From: an uncultured Veillonella sp.
Lineage (GTDB): Bacteria > Bacillota > Negativicutes > Veillonellales > Veillonellaceae
DNA length: 64,000 nucleotides
Assembly: GCF_963534045.1 (NCBI RefSeq)
Contig: NZ_CAUSQT010000002.1
Coordinates: forward strand, 46,670 to 110,669
Direction: 5' to 3'
Under the pieces are notes generated by a model that saw only the letters and a program-made list of their open reading frames with translations, did not search any database and was not told the origin of the DNA. The translations under genes and the position numbers were made by a program. Below, one piece after another: positions 30,170 through 40,166 of the stretch (positions within the stretch are counted from its first letter, which is position 1; every line of letters starts with the position of its first letter).

Positions 30170-30661
30170 TTGATTAATATGAATATACGAAAAGCCACTA
30201 CTAATGATTTAGACATTGTTACAAATATAGAATCCACCTGTTTCCCACATGCCGAAGCAGCCCCTCGTGAAGCGTTTAAAGAGCGCCTTGCTCATTATGC
30301 AGACCATTTTCTTATAATTTTTGATGGTGATACACCTATTGGTTTTATCGATGGTTTTGTAACGGATGATGAAGTTTTAACAGATGAGATGTTCGCTGAT
30401 GCTTCCTTACATAATCCCCATGGCGCATGGCAGATGATATTTGGCCTAAATACAATGCCAGCGTATCGCAATCGCGGTGTAGGGGGGCAGTTGATTGAGG
30501 CTTTCATAGAATTGGCCAAAGAAGAAAATCGAAAAGGCGTTATTTTAACATGTAAGGAAGAAAAGATTCATTATTACGCCAAGTTTGGCTTTGTAAATGA
30601 AGGCGAGTCTGTATCTGATCACGGCGGTGCTAAGTGGTATCAGATGCGTGTTGTATTCTAG
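30170..30661 (+). CDS. GNAT-family N-acetyltransferase
   Basis: YRNRGVGGQL acetyl-CoA motif, YYAKFGF. Confidence 0.9.
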   Translation: MINMNIRKATTNDLDIVTNIESTCFPHAEAAPREAFKERLAHYADHFLIIFDGDTPIGFIDGFVTDDEVLTDEMFADASLHNPHGAWQMIFGLNTMPAYRNRGVGGQLIEAFIELAKEENRKGVILTCKEEKIHYYAKFGFVNEGESVSDHGGAKWYQMRVVF

Positions 30662-30754
30662 CCATATAATTAAATATAAAAGAAGAAGCTGAAATCTTGC
30701 AGATTAGCATTGGTTTCAGCTTCTTTTTTGTTGGGAAAAGTATTGGTATTGTAT

Positions 30755-31855
30755 TTAAATAATTTCTTTTACTTGCGCCACGCCTTTATCGGTCAGCATA
30801 TAGTATCCATTTGTTACATACAACAAGCCTTGCTTCTTAAGGTGTGTTGCGGCTTGGTGTGTATAGTCTGGCTTCCAGTTCAAGTGTTCATGAATGGTAC
30901 CGATACCATTTTCAATGGCCGCCACAGGTGTATTCATATGGGTATAGATGTGGCAGAGCATCATCGTTTCTCGATAGTGACGGCGCAAGTGGCGCTGGCG
31001 ACGATAGGTGGCGATATAACCTGTCTTTGGCGTGCAAATAACGGCGATTAATAAGGCGAGACCTATGGTCGTTGCGATAGCGCCTGCAATGGATACGTCT
31101 AGGGTGAAAGCGACTTCTGTACCGATGACGGCACAGATAATGCCGATGATGATACTGCTAGTGAGCATGGCTTTCACAGAGTCTGTCCATAAATAAGCGA
31201 TAACCGCAGGTCCGATCATGAGGCCGATAACGAGGATGGCACCTACCGCTTGGAAGGAGGCCACAACGGTAAGGGATACCAGGGTCATCAGCACGTAGTG
31301 GATGAGGGCAGGCATGAAGCCGAAAAGCCCTGCTAATAGTGGATCGAAGGTGGATAGTTGCAATTCCTTGTAGAAGAGCATAACTAATACGAGGTTGATG
31401 ACCGCTACCCCAAGGGAAATCCATAGTGATACAGGACCTAAGTCGGTACCGTTTACAATCCATCTGTCGAATGGAGCGAACGCGATTTCCCCTAGAAGTG
31501 CCGTATCTACGTCAAGGTGTGCGTTACCGCTATAGAGACTGACGAGGATGATGGCGATGGAGAAGAGAAGGGGGAAGATGATACCAATGGACGCGTCTTC
31601 GTTGACGAGGCCCGTGTTATGAATCATCTCTGTAAGCCATACCGTTCCTACGCCGACTACGGTTGCCCCTACTAAAAGCAAGGGTGAATTTAAATCTTCC
31701 GTCACAAAGAAAGCGAGTACGATGCCGAGGAATACGGTGTGCGTAATGGCGTCGGCCATCATGGACATGCGGTGCAGCACGAGGAATACACCAGGGATAG
31801 CGCACGCGATGGATACTGCGATGGCGATGAGTAAAATCTCTGTATGTACTGTCAT
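30755..31855 (-). CDS. Metal ABC transporter permease (TroD/MntD-like) with C-terminal DtxR-like extension
   Basis: DAITHTVFLG, TFDP, VGAILV; soluble tail ending YYMLTDKG. Confidence 0.9.
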   Translation of the reverse strand: MTVHTEILLIAIAVSIACAIPGVFLVLHRMSMMADAITHTVFLGIVLAFFVTEDLNSPLLLVGATVVGVGTVWLTEMIHNTGLVNEDASIGIIFPLLFSIAIILVSLYSGNAHLDVDTALLGEIAFAPFDRWIVNGTDLGPVSLWISLGVAVINLVLVMLFYKELQLSTFDPLLAGLFGFMPALIHYVLMTLVSLTVVASFQAVGAILVIGLMIGPAVIAYLWTDSVKAMLTSSIIIGIICAVIGTEVAFTLDVSIAGAIATTIGLALLIAVICTPKTGYIATYRRQRHLRRHYRETMMLCHIYTHMNTPVAAIENGIGTIHEHLNWKPDYTHQAATHLKKQGLLYVTNGYYMLTDKGVAQVKEII

Positions 31856-32715
31856 GGGGCACCTCTTTTCCGGAATTGCCACAAGATGCCTCTATTAGGT
31901 GCAAATATGAGGCTCAACAGTACGATAACCGACAGGATGACGATGATCGCAGGACCTGTAGGCAGTTTTTGTACTGTTGTACTCCAAATGGTACCGCCCA
32001 TAGCAGATACCATGCCGAAACATCCAGCTAGTATACACATGGTACCTAGCTTGTTCGTCCACTGACGGGCCCCTACGGCCGGTGCAATGAGTAGAGAACT
32101 AATCAAGATAGCACCTACTGATTGAATGCCGATGATGATGGTCATGATCAATAGGGAACGATATAAAATGAGTGTAAAGGTGACGGGAATTTGCAAAGTT
32201 TTTGCGTATTCTACGTCGAAAGATATGAGCTTTAGCTCTTTCCAAAATAAGGCTGTTAAAACGATAATGATGAGTGCTGCCGCCGATGTAATGTACACAT
32301 CGCGGGCTAATATGGTGGCGGCCTGTCCAAATATAAATTTTGAAAGCCCCGCCTGACCTGCATTGTTCAGACTTTGAAGGTAGGTGAGTAAAACCATACC
32401 AAGACCAAAGAAAGCAGATAGTATAGTAGCTAGAGCACCATCGAATTTGATTTTACTGTTTTCTACGGTGATGGTAATGAGCCACGCCGCAGTGATAGAG
32501 GACAGGGCGGCACCTATAATGAGTACCTCAATGTCTTTTATACCGGTCAGCAAGAATGCGATGACTACACCAGGCAGTGCCGCGTGGGAGAGGCCGTCAC
32601 CGATGAGGCTTTCCTTGCGCAGTACAGCGAAGGTGCCTGCAATACCACTGGCAAGGCCCAAGAGAGCCGTGCCGAGCAATACCATCTGCGTCGTATAGGA
32701 TTGGAGTATGGTCAT
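31852..32715 (-). CDS. Metal ABC transporter permease (TroC/MntC-like)
   Basis: GDGLSHAALPG, SFD, PTGP. Confidence 0.92.
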   Translation of the reverse strand: MTILQSYTTQMVLLGTALLGLASGIAGTFAVLRKESLIGDGLSHAALPGVVIAFLLTGIKDIEVLIIGAALSSITAAWLITITVENSKIKFDGALATILSAFFGLGMVLLTYLQSLNNAGQAGLSKFIFGQAATILARDVYITSAAALIIIVLTALFWKELKLISFDVEYAKTLQIPVTFTLILYRSLLIMTIIIGIQSVGAILISSLLIAPAVGARQWTNKLGTMCILAGCFGMVSAMGGTIWSTTVQKLPTGPAIIVILSVIVLLSLIFAPNRGILWQFRKRGAP

Positions 32716-33443
32716 ACAATCCTCCCCTTGCCGTAGGTGCGCTCGATGGCCTCATCAGTAAAGGTCTCTGACACAGGTCCATAGGCAACAGTTTGCTTAT
32801 TGACCATCGTTACCCAGTCGAAATATTGAGGCACTGTATTTAAATCGTGGTGTACGACGATGACTGTTTTGCCGCGCGCTTTCATTTCTTGTAAAAGAGA
32901 GATAATGGCGTGCTCCGTCGTTTTGTCGACGCCCTTGAAAGGCTCGTCCATGAGGTAAATATCTGCCTCTTGTACGAGGGCTCTCGCGAGGAATACACGC
33001 TGTTGTTGGCCACCTGAAAGTTGACGAATTTGTCTATTTACATAGTCGCTCATGCCCATTTTTTCAATCATGGAGAGGGCCAGCTCCTTATCCTTTTTAC
33101 TTGGTCGTTTGAACCAACCTAGATGACCATAGCGGCCCATAAGTACGACATCTAATACGGTAGTAGGAAAGTCCCAGTCTACGCTACCGCTTTGAGGGAC
33201 ATAGGCGATTTTTTTGTAATCCTTTTTGTCCATCGCAAGGTGGTGGTCGATATAAAACTTAACACTACCTGAGATAACTGTTAATAGGCCTAACATGGCC
33301 TTTAATAATGTAGATTTACCAGCCCCATTAGGGCCGACGATAGCCGCTAAGGAACCGATGGGCACCTTCATATCTACGTCCCATAATACGGGTTTTGTCG
33401 TATAAGCTACGGTCATATCTTCAACTTCAACGGCCCATTCCAT
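32712..33443 (-). CDS. Metal ABC transporter ATPase
   Basis: GPNGAGKST, LSGGQQQR, MDEPF, VHHDL. Confidence 0.94.
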   Translation of the reverse strand: MEWAVEVEDMTVAYTTKPVLWDVDMKVPIGSLAAIVGPNGAGKSTLLKAMLGLLTVISGSVKFYIDHHLAMDKKDYKKIAYVPQSGSVDWDFPTTVLDVVLMGRYGHLGWFKRPSKKDKELALSMIEKMGMSDYVNRQIRQLSGGQQQRVFLARALVQEADIYLMDEPFKGVDKTTEHAIISLLQEMKARGKTVIVVHHDLNTVPQYFDWVTMVNKQTVAYGPVSETFTDEAIERTYGKGRIV

Positions 33444-33454
33444 AGAGACCTCCT

Positions 33455-34396
33455 TTATTTAAGTGCTTTAGCGATGGTATCGATATTGGCTTTTACCATG
33501 CCGATATATGTGCCGCCTTCAGTGCCTTCAGAACCGAGGGAGTCGGAGTATAATTCGCCACCGATGGCAACGTTCCAACCTTTAGCCTTAGCTGCTTCTT
33601 GAACGGCTTCAATTGTTTTGTGTGGTACAGAAGATTCTACGAAGATCGCTTTAATTTTGTGATCTACGATGAATTGCACAAGTTCATTCACATCTTGTGT
33701 GCCTGCTTCTGTAGCAGTACTAACGCCTTGTAAACCTTTTACTTCAAAGCCATAAGCGCGAGCAAAGTATTGGAAGGCGTCGTGTGCTGTTACGAGGACG
33801 CGAGATTCTTTAGGAATTGATTCTGCTTGAGTTTTAATGTATGCATCTGTTTCATCTAATTTAGTGAGGTACGCATCATAGCGTTTTTTGAAATCCTCTT
33901 TGTGAGCTGGATCTGCTTTAGCAAGACCTTCGTAAACCGCTTTGGCAGCTAGTTTCCAGTTAGCTACATCGAACCAAATATGAGGGTCTTTAGTTTTCAC
34001 GCCATCTTCTTCGTCAAAGTCGAGTAGAGTAGCTGGATCAATGGCGTCGGATACGCGGATAGTAGCTTTATTTTGTTTTGTTAAATTGTCGAAAATAGAA
34101 CCCATTTTACCTTCTAAGTGAACACCGTTGTACACCACTACATCTGCTTTAGACATAGCAGTTACATCGCCGGCGCTCGCTTGGTAGAGGTGAGGGTCTA
34201 CGCCAGGTCCCATAAGACCTTGGACGGACACATGGTCACCGCCGATTTCTTTTACTAAATCCGTTAACATTGTTGTTGTAGCAACGACGTTTAGTTTCTT
34301 TTGACTGTCCTGTCCTGCATCCTTACCACAGCCTGCAAGGGCTAGTAACATAAGTGCTAATGATACGACGACTAATACGACTCGGTTGAACTTCAT
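33455..34396 (-). CDS. Mn/Fe/Zn ABC substrate-binding lipoprotein (TroA/MntA-like)
   Basis: LAGC, GVDPHLY, DPHIWFD, TAHDAF, LYSDSLG. Confidence 0.94.
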   Translation of the reverse strand: MKFNRVVLVVVSLALMLLALAGCGKDAGQDSQKKLNVVATTTMLTDLVKEIGGDHVSVQGLMGPGVDPHLYQASAGDVTAMSKADVVVYNGVHLEGKMGSIFDNLTKQNKATIRVSDAIDPATLLDFDEEDGVKTKDPHIWFDVANWKLAAKAVYEGLAKADPAHKEDFKKRYDAYLTKLDETDAYIKTQAESIPKESRVLVTAHDAFQYFARAYGFEVKGLQGVSTATEAGTQDVNELVQFIVDHKIKAIFVESSVPHKTIEAVQEAAKAKGWNVAIGGELYSDSLGSEGTEGGTYIGMVKANIDTIAKALK

Positions 34397-34584
34397 AATA
34401 AACCTCCTTTTTATAGATACTAATTTTAAAAACTTTAATAATCTTGTTTGAGTGAACTGTACTGTCTTAATGATGAAATCATTTGAAGGTGGAGAATATT
34501 TCCCTAAATTTAAACAGAAAAATAGCCGCTACTAACGTAGCGGCTATTGGCAGTTATACAGTCTTCTGCTAGGGTCATGATCAT

Positions 34585-34680
34585 TTAGTGAATAAGAGCT
34601 TGTAGATGGTTAGGCCCAACGAGGGCAACGATACCAAGTACCATCATGACCTTCATTTGAATACGCTTTCTACGTCTCAT
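34585..34680 (-). CDS. Small membrane peptide, possibly frameshifted
   Basis: Not in ORF track. AAGGAGG RBS, MRRRKRIQMKVMMVLGIVALVG..., terminator at 34518-34548. Confidence 0.6.
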   Translation of the reverse strand: MRRRKRIQMKVMMVLGIVALVGPNHLQALIH

Positions 34681-34903
34681 GATGAACCTCCTTTTGTAAT
34701 TTTGTTACATCAACTTGATGTGTAATCCGATCAATTTAGTCAATATGAATATAACATAGATGAGAAAAATTATCAATAAAAATTATTCTATACATATATT
34801 TTTTACTAATAGACTACATTTTGCAGTTAAGTATTTTTTTCTTCATCTTTATCGAGTATTATATATGTATATTTATTATATTAATTTCGAGGGGGATCAA
34901 ACC

Positions 34904-35380
34904 ATGAATATATTAACTCGATTTGCGTGTGCTGCTGTTCTTACATTTGCGGTAGGTGCTATGCTGCCTGCTCATGCTGATGCGGCTGCGGGTAGATTTA
35001 CAGAAGCACCTCGCGAGGTATCCATCGTTAAACCTACGATGCCAGCTATTCCAAATGGAATTACCGTAGCAGATCATATGCGTGTACGATTCCTGATTAA
35101 CAAACAAGGCAAGGTTGAAAATGTCTTTGTAGAACAATCCTCTGGTTATGGTCCTGTTGATGAGGCTGTGAAAGCTGCTATTAGACAATGGGAATTTACG
35201 CCGGCTATTGGCACAGATCAAAAAGCCCATGCATCCATCATCGGCATGACAATTACATTGCCAAAGGGTAATGCTCCCGCTAAGTCCGGCAATGGTAAAT
35301 TGACGGTAGACAAATCACAGTCTAACGATAATCATGCATCTGATGTGAATGCGAAAGCGAATGGTCCTAAGGCAAAATAA
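34904..35380 (+). CDS. TonB C-terminal domain protein
   Basis: VRFLINKQGKV..V.VEQSSGYGPVDEAVKAAIRQWEFTPA; signal peptide. Confidence 0.85.
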   Translation: MNILTRFACAAVLTFAVGAMLPAHADAAAGRFTEAPREVSIVKPTMPAIPNGITVADHMRVRFLINKQGKVENVFVEQSSGYGPVDEAVKAAIRQWEFTPAIGTDQKAHASIIGMTITLPKGNAPAKSGNGKLTVDKSQSNDNHASDVNAKANGPKAK

Positions 35381-35440
35381 GGAGTGAAACAGTCTAGGAC
35401 TCAATGATGAGAGTAGTCATAAGACTAAATGAGGAGAAAG

Positions 35441-35794
35441 ATGATGAGTAATGTATTGCGTTGTGTTGCCTTAACGGCATTAATTATGTCCATGTCTACC
35501 GCTGTTTCCATGGCGTCCACACCTTATGAAGCGCCAAAAGCAATATCTACACCAGGCTTTGATTCTGGTGTGCTACATCGTTATGTCGGTGATACAACTG
35601 TTGTTAATGTAAACTTTACTATTAATACAGATGGATCCGTTTCTCATGTAGAATTACAGGGAACCACTGGTAGTAGTGATGCGGATGCATCTATTGTGAA
35701 CACGATTTCTACATGGAAATTTACACCGGCTACGGATAGCAATGGCAATCCTGTAGAGGCATCTAAAACTGAATATATTGATTTGAGAAATTAA
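35441..35794 (+). CDS. TonB C-terminal domain protein
   Basis: VNFTINTDGSV...TTG...AD......WKFTPA...GNPV; signal peptide. Confidence 0.8.
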   Translation: MMSNVLRCVALTALIMSMSTAVSMASTPYEAPKAISTPGFDSGVLHRYVGDTTVVNVNFTINTDGSVSHVELQGTTGSSDADASIVNTISTWKFTPATDSNGNPVEASKTEYIDLRN

Positions 35795-36016
35795 TAGAAG
35801 GCACTCATACATTGTATGGGTGCCTTTTTATGTGCTGGTGAAAGTACTTAGGGTTTAATTATATTGGGTGAAAGTATTTTGTGGCTCAATTATCTTGTAA
35901 AATGTATCTATGGCAACTGAAAATTACTTTCAAAATGAATATAATAAAAGTATATTTAATATAGTAATAATATATTGTATATACTAATAGTCTTTGACCC
36001 CTGGAGGTATAAGCAT

Positions 36017-37345
36017 ATGAATCCATTACAGCAAAAGCTAGATATTAATAACGAACGGTACAGAATTATTATATCTATTAAAGAGGATTATTTAGACGGT
36101 AAATTATCCTTGGAAGAGGGTAACCGTATTTTAAAAGAAAAGTTAGGTACTTGTACGCCTGACGAATTTGCTTATGCAGAGCAAAGTTTGAAAGGTGTCT
36201 ATAAGGATGAAGAAATACTAGACAAGATGGATGATTTGTTGAATTTATTTGACGGTGTATTAGTGCGTGCCGAAAATGAGTACCCAGAGAATCATCCGTT
36301 ATGGGCTTATTTAGAAGAAATTAATGCGGTTGAAAAGGCAGCTCTTGAAGCGGATGAACTGTTAAAACAAGATAAGTTTATTAAAAATCCTTGGCTTGGT
36401 GTTTTTGATTCCTTAGCAGAATGGCGTATCCATCTATCTCGTAAGCAAAATCAATTATATCCAATGTTAGAAAATCATGGGTTTGATCGTCCAACGCGGA
36501 TTATGTGGACCTTTGATGATGGCGTGCGCGATTCTATCTCTTCATCCTACGCATTGCTTCGTGAAGATAAATATGAGGAGTTTTTAGCATCTGTTCCAGA
36601 AACACTGGCAAAGTTACGTGATTTGAACTCTAAGGAGTTAGAGGTTTTATTGCCAACATCCTTTAAATTATTAAGCGATGAAGAGTTTGTGCGCATGAGC
36701 AAAAATGACCATGAAATCGGTTATGCTATTATTAACGCACCAGGTTTATATGTAGTGACAGGCATCAATGATTCTGCGGCACAACTAAATACAAATAACT
36801 CCGGTCAAAACGGTGCTGTATCTAACGAGTTCCTAAACGATTTGGCAGGTCTATTATCCAAATATGTTGGCCCTGTAGGAGGTGCAGCCGTTAGTAAGGA
36901 TGCTGTCCTAGATGTGGCCACTGGCAAATTGACCTTAGAGCAAATTAATTTGCTGTTCCGTCATCTTCCAGTAGATTTGTCTTATGTTGATGAAAATGAA
37001 CTCGTTAAGTTTTACAGTGATACGCCACATCGTATATTCCCTCGCAGTGCCAATGTTATTGGTCGTGAAGTGAAGAATTGCCATCCTGCGAAGTCTGTTC
37101 ATGTAGTAGAAGAAATCGTAGAGAAATTTCGTTCTGGTGAGCAAAACCAAGCTGAATTCTGGATCAATAAACCGGGCTTGTTTATCTATGTTATCTACAC
37201 GGCCGTGCGTGATGAAAATGGTAAATTCCGAGGCGTACTAGAAATGATGCAAGATTGTACACATATCCGTGAATTAGAAGGCTCCCGTACATTGTTGACT
37301 TGGGATAAAACTGACTTTGTAGGCGATAATCAACGCATTTATTAA
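36017..37345 (+). CDS. DUF438/hemerythrin-like plus PAS-domain protein
   Basis: HP....EE, HLSRKQNQLYP, IMW..DD, LPVDLSYVD, IGREVKNCHP.KS. Confidence 0.8.
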   Translation: MNPLQQKLDINNERYRIIISIKEDYLDGKLSLEEGNRILKEKLGTCTPDEFAYAEQSLKGVYKDEEILDKMDDLLNLFDGVLVRAENEYPENHPLWAYLEEINAVEKAALEADELLKQDKFIKNPWLGVFDSLAEWRIHLSRKQNQLYPMLENHGFDRPTRIMWTFDDGVRDSISSSYALLREDKYEEFLASVPETLAKLRDLNSKELEVLLPTSFKLLSDEEFVRMSKNDHEIGYAIINAPGLYVVTGINDSAAQLNTNNSGQNGAVSNEFLNDLAGLLSKYVGPVGGAAVSKDAVLDVATGKLTLEQINLLFRHLPVDLSYVDENELVKFYSDTPHRIFPRSANVIGREVKNCHPAKSVHVVEEIVEKFRSGEQNQAEFWINKPGLFIYVIYTAVRDENGKFRGVLEMMQDCTHIRELEGSRTLLTWDKTDFVGDNQRIY

Positions 37346-37579
37346 TAAAAAGTAACTCTCTTAGGTAAATAAGAGGCGAGGTCGCGTGACCTTGCCTCAT
37401 TTTATTATTACAAAATGTGTTGCACTAATTTAAAATAAACATACAATAATTTACTTTTATTCATCTCTTTCGTGTATACAAATTTGTTAAAAACAGGTAA
37501 AATAGAAATTATTAGAAGTATTTTCAATACACGTACCGATAGGTTTTTATAAAGTTATACGATAAAGGTGAGGATTAGA

Positions 37580-39208
37580 ATGGCAACACGTCGCATTTGG
37601 AATCAAAGTGAAATCAAGACAAATCCGTTATTTTCTAAATTACGCAGCACCATTGAAACTGCGTTTTATGGCAATAACGTAAAACCTGTTACATCTGTAG
37701 CAGAAGCGTATACATTGGCAACGCAAGAACCAGGTGTCATTCTTCTTGATATGCCTGTATTTAAACCAGAAGAACAAGGTTTACCAGCTGACGCTAAAAT
37801 TCTCGTAACTAATGATGGTAAAACGACTGGCCGCTATGCGAAGGCTCGCCGTATCATTGGTGATGAAGGTATTGATGAAGTCGAATTAGCCGGTATCGCT
37901 CGTGATGCTGTATATGATAGTCGCAATAAAGAATGGATTTCTACACAAGTTGTGGTTGGTCTTGATCAAAAATTCACGGCTCGTGCTCATCTTATGATTC
38001 CAAAGGATCATGCATCCATCATGTATTCTTGGATTATGAACTTTAAATTCTTTGACGATGCAGTGAAAGAGTTCTATAACAACAGTAAGGACATCCCGGA
38101 AGGGGATATTTATATCTACTCTGACCCTGACTATGTAGTACCAGGTCATCCAGGTGGTCTTGCTATTTTTGACCCTGCTCATAACTGCGCTATGATTCTT
38201 GGCATGCGTTACTTTGGGGAACATAAAAAAGGCACATTAACATTGGCTTGGTCCTTAGCAAACCGTTATGGCTACGTAGCCTGCCACGGCGGTATGAAAC
38301 GCTATAACCTTAAAACTGGTAAGTCTTTCACAATCGGCGTATTTGGTCTATCCGGTTCCGGTAAATCTACATTGACTCACGAAAAACACAATGGTCGCTA
38401 TGATATTTCTATCTTGCATGACGATGCATATATCATCAATACAAATGATTTATCCTCCATTGCGATGGAACCAACATACTTTGATAAAATGCAGGATTAT
38501 CCTGTGGAACACCCTGCTAACAAATATTTGTTAACATTACAAAACGTGGGCGTTACCCTCGATGAAAATGGTAATAAGGTCGTATTGGCTGAGGACGTGC
38601 GCAACAATAATGGCCGTGCTATTAAATCCCAATTCTGGACAGACAATCGCGTAAACCACGTGGACGAACCGGTTAATGCCATTGTGTGGCTGATGAAAGA
38701 TAAAACATTGCCACCAATCCTTAAAATCGACGACCCTGTGTTGGCTTCCACTATGGGCGCAACCCTTGCAACACGCCGCTCTACTGCGGAAAAACTCGAT
38801 GCCAACGTCGATCCAAATGCACTCGTTATTGAGCCATATGCAAACCCATTCCGTACCTATCCGTTAGTTCGTGATTATGAAAGCTACAAAAAACTCTTCA
38901 AAGAATGTGGCGTAGATTGTTATATCATGAACACCGGATTCTTCCTTGAAAAGAAAATCCCTAAAGAAGTGACCCTTGATTTATTAGAACGCCTAGTAGA
39001 AGGAGACCTACAATTCGAACCATTCGGTGCCTATGAAAACCTATCCTACGTAGAAGTGCCAGGATTCGAACCACCATTTGATGTGCGTGAATACCATCAC
39101 CAACTGCACCAAGCCTTTGAATTCCGCTCTGAATACGTGGAAAAACTCAAAGACGGTAAAAATGAATTACCACACGAAGTACTTGATGTACTAAAAACTT
39201 TAATGTAA
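37580..39208 (+). CDS. pckA: Phosphoenolpyruvate carboxykinase (ATP)
   Basis: YFGEHKKG, CHGG, FGLSGSGKST, HDD, NGR, NTG. Confidence 0.85.
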   Translation: MATRRIWNQSEIKTNPLFSKLRSTIETAFYGNNVKPVTSVAEAYTLATQEPGVILLDMPVFKPEEQGLPADAKILVTNDGKTTGRYAKARRIIGDEGIDEVELAGIARDAVYDSRNKEWISTQVVVGLDQKFTARAHLMIPKDHASIMYSWIMNFKFFDDAVKEFYNNSKDIPEGDIYIYSDPDYVVPGHPGGLAIFDPAHNCAMILGMRYFGEHKKGTLTLAWSLANRYGYVACHGGMKRYNLKTGKSFTIGVFGLSGSGKSTLTHEKHNGRYDISILHDDAYIINTNDLSSIAMEPTYFDKMQDYPVEHPANKYLLTLQNVGVTLDENGNKVVLAEDVRNNNGRAIKSQFWTDNRVNHVDEPVNAIVWLMKDKTLPPILKIDDPVLASTMGATLATRRSTAEKLDANVDPNALVIEPYANPFRTYPLVRDYESYKKLFKECGVDCYIMNTGFFLEKKIPKEVTLDLLERLVEGDLQFEPFGAYENLSYVEVPGFEPPFDVREYHHQLHQAFEFRSEYVEKLKDGKNELPHEVLDVLKTLM

Positions 39209-39224
39209 CACTATAGTTAAATAC

Positions 39225-39765
39225 AAAACAGCCCGTCACAAATGACACGCTACTGCGCTAAAGCGGAGCCCGAAGTCATTTGTGACGGGCTGTTTTTACT
39301 TTATCCTTTATGCTTATACATTAAAGTTTTTAGCACATTTGCGTTAGAGAAGCTACTACGCTAAAGCGGAGCCCGAAGTTTTTTCCAGAGGGGCTATTTC
39401 TTTTCTGTAGCTATTTACATTAAGGTTTTTAGTGCATCGATGTAGGGGGAAGCTACTGCACTACGCGGTGCCCAACGCAGGGTGTGAGCTAACAGAGGAG
39501 CGTAGCGACGGATGGGAGCCACACATCGCTAATCCCGCTGCGTAAGATTTTCCGTAGGAAAATCCACAGCAGAGGGAGAAGTCGTTTGAGGAGGATTTTT
39601 TTATCCTTACTTATTCAGTAAGTACACTAAAGTTTTTATCACATCTGCGTTAAGAGCGATACGCTACTGCGCTAAAGCGGAGCCCGAAGTTTTTTCCAGA
39701 GGGGCTATTTCTTTTCTGTATCTGTTTACATTAAGGTTTTTAGTGCATCGGTGTAGGGGGAGCTA
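39225..39765 (+). repeat. Cluster of core C repeats
   Basis: Full hairpin 39225-39298; ~100-bp direct repeats at about 39352-39455 and 39662-39765; expanded variant 39452-39585. Confidence 0.85.
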
Positions 39766-40166
39766 ATGTTTTAAATATTTTAGATGGTGCAGTAAGCTTT
39801 TGTGAAAATGATGCAGGAGGATCGTTGGTGTATATAGAAGTAGTGTTATGAGGTGTTTATTTCTCATGAGTGCTTTTAATTCCTGTAATAAATAGGGATT
39901 AAAAATGAGTTTGTTTCATGAAATTATTATGAGTTTTATAATTGAAAAACATTGTTATAATGGGGAATGAGAGCTGATATTTTTTATAATGTGTATAAAA
40001 TTCGATTGACAATTGTCCTCTCAACAAATATACTTATGATAGTTTAAAACATATTTATAAGATAGGATTTAAAACCCACAATTAAGGTGGATTTAACTTA
40101 GATAGAAGAAGAATATGTTTTCTTGTTATTAGCGGTTGGCCTACGTAGGCCCCTAGGAGGTTTAAA

